From contig NC_043000.1 in assembly GCF_006345805.1 (NCBI RefSeq), positions 99,882,001 through 99,946,000 of the forward strand: DNA of 64,000 nt. The letters are read 5' to 3'. A model generated the notes under the pieces. The model saw nothing but the letters and a program-made list of their open reading frames with translations, had not been told where the DNA came from and searched no databases. The translations under genes and the position numbers were made by a program. Below, in pieces: positions 62,935 through 64,000 of the stretch. How positions within the stretch are numbered: position 1 is the stretch's first letter; each line of letters begins with the position of its first letter. This DNA is from Octopus sinensis (lineage: Eukaryota).

Positions 62935-63456
62935 CTGTAAATCCTCGAGTATAATCCGCATTTTTTCCTCAAAATTTAAAGGTCAAAATCCATAGTGCGT
63001 ACTATATACGAGGTTAAAAATGAAAAATGTTTTCTAAACAATATCCGAGTCTCTATTTACTGTCCGGCAATGTTTATTCAGACGCATTTTGCGATGTCAG
63101 GCGCGAAAATACCTTAAGCTAAGCTTGAAAGCAATGAAGTCACAAAAGAATCATCCATGACTTGCAGTAAGCAACATTTATTAAAATAAAAGTATTCAGA
63201 TCACAGAATAACATGTAACAAAAACAATTTGCAAACATATTTACATTCCCATATAAGAGTTAAGAACATCACCATTTTTGTATTACGCATGCGCAAAAGT
63301 GTTTGTTCGACTAGGTGCTGCTGGCTTAATTACGCACGACTCAAGTTAGAGAAGGGGTGCGTATTATACACAAGGTTTAGGTTTTTCAGAAGTACAGCCC
63401 CTAAAAATCCCCCTGAGTATTATACTCAAGGGCGGACTATACTCGAGGATTTACGG
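62935..63456. mobile_element. pogo/Tigger-like (Tc1/mariner superfamily) MITE, 522 bp, TA TSD
   Basis: TA|CTGTAAATCCTCGAGTATAATCCGC ... GCGGACTATACTCGAGGATTTACGG|TA; subterminal gtattatac.c.agg repeats. Confidence 0.9.
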
Positions 63457-64000
63457 TAATCAAGTAAAACTTATTCTGAAGCCCCAACTCATTGGTGTGT
63501 CATTTCTGTTGAATATATTTGTGTTAAAAAACAAAACGAAGCAAAAAAACAACAAAACAAAACAAAAAACCAGCAATGCAGCACCAAGTGCTTCAATAGG
63601 TCGCACACAAGGTTCATAGGAACCTACTGTAGCCTCGCAAACAAATGCATAAATACATAAATACATTCGAATAGACACACACAGACATACAAACCTGCAA
63701 ATATACGTATACCCACATATATACGATACATACAAAATACACACACACACACACACGAGTTTTGAAAATCCTACTTTTACACAGTCTTGCCTCAATACTT
63801 TTTAGGGGAGTGTATGTTTATGAAGTTTTACAAGGAAAATTTGACACTGACTTCGAAGTTTCGGTTTGCTCGTCATCTTGTAAAAAACTTAATGTGTGTG
63901 TATATGCTTGTTTATATGAATGAATGTATGTAAGAATGTATGTATGTACACATGTATGCATACTTTATGTATCTATACATACATACATACATACATACAT

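Overview
AT-rich, microsatellite-saturated animal genomic DNA. The SINE/LINE/Penelope landscape suggests an octopod cephalopod (inference, not database-checked). No intact host protein-coding ORF is recognisable, and nearly all listed short ORFs are microsatellite artefacts. Retroelements: a degraded CR1-like LINE split by a 1.6-kb A4T4 satellite, a near-full-length Penelope-like element (RT + GIY-YIG) with a structured terminal promoter, and RTE, Tx1/L1, CRE-like and RLE-type LINE remnants. Also present are several Tc1/mariner/pogo/hAT-like elements and at least four tRNA-derived SINE families. One CpG-rich housekeeping-type promoter lies at ~19.6-19.9 kb, with candidate small downstream exons. 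The most notable signals are: (i) a TSD-flanked fold-back cassette joining a tRNA-derived Pol III head to a Penelope-type minimal hammerhead ribozyme; (ii) three unrelated hammerheads whose 3-8 tertiary pair covaries (C-G, G-C, U-A); (iii) a SINE subfamily whose 3' end is followed by GGTATT at all four junctions, which apparently inserts into the heads of older SINE copies; (iv) a fixed-spacing CCAAT/CRE array + TATA + Kozak ATG + splice donor at the Penelope 3' end. Motifs and pairings were read by eye; element boundaries are approximate unless a TSD or TIR is quoted.
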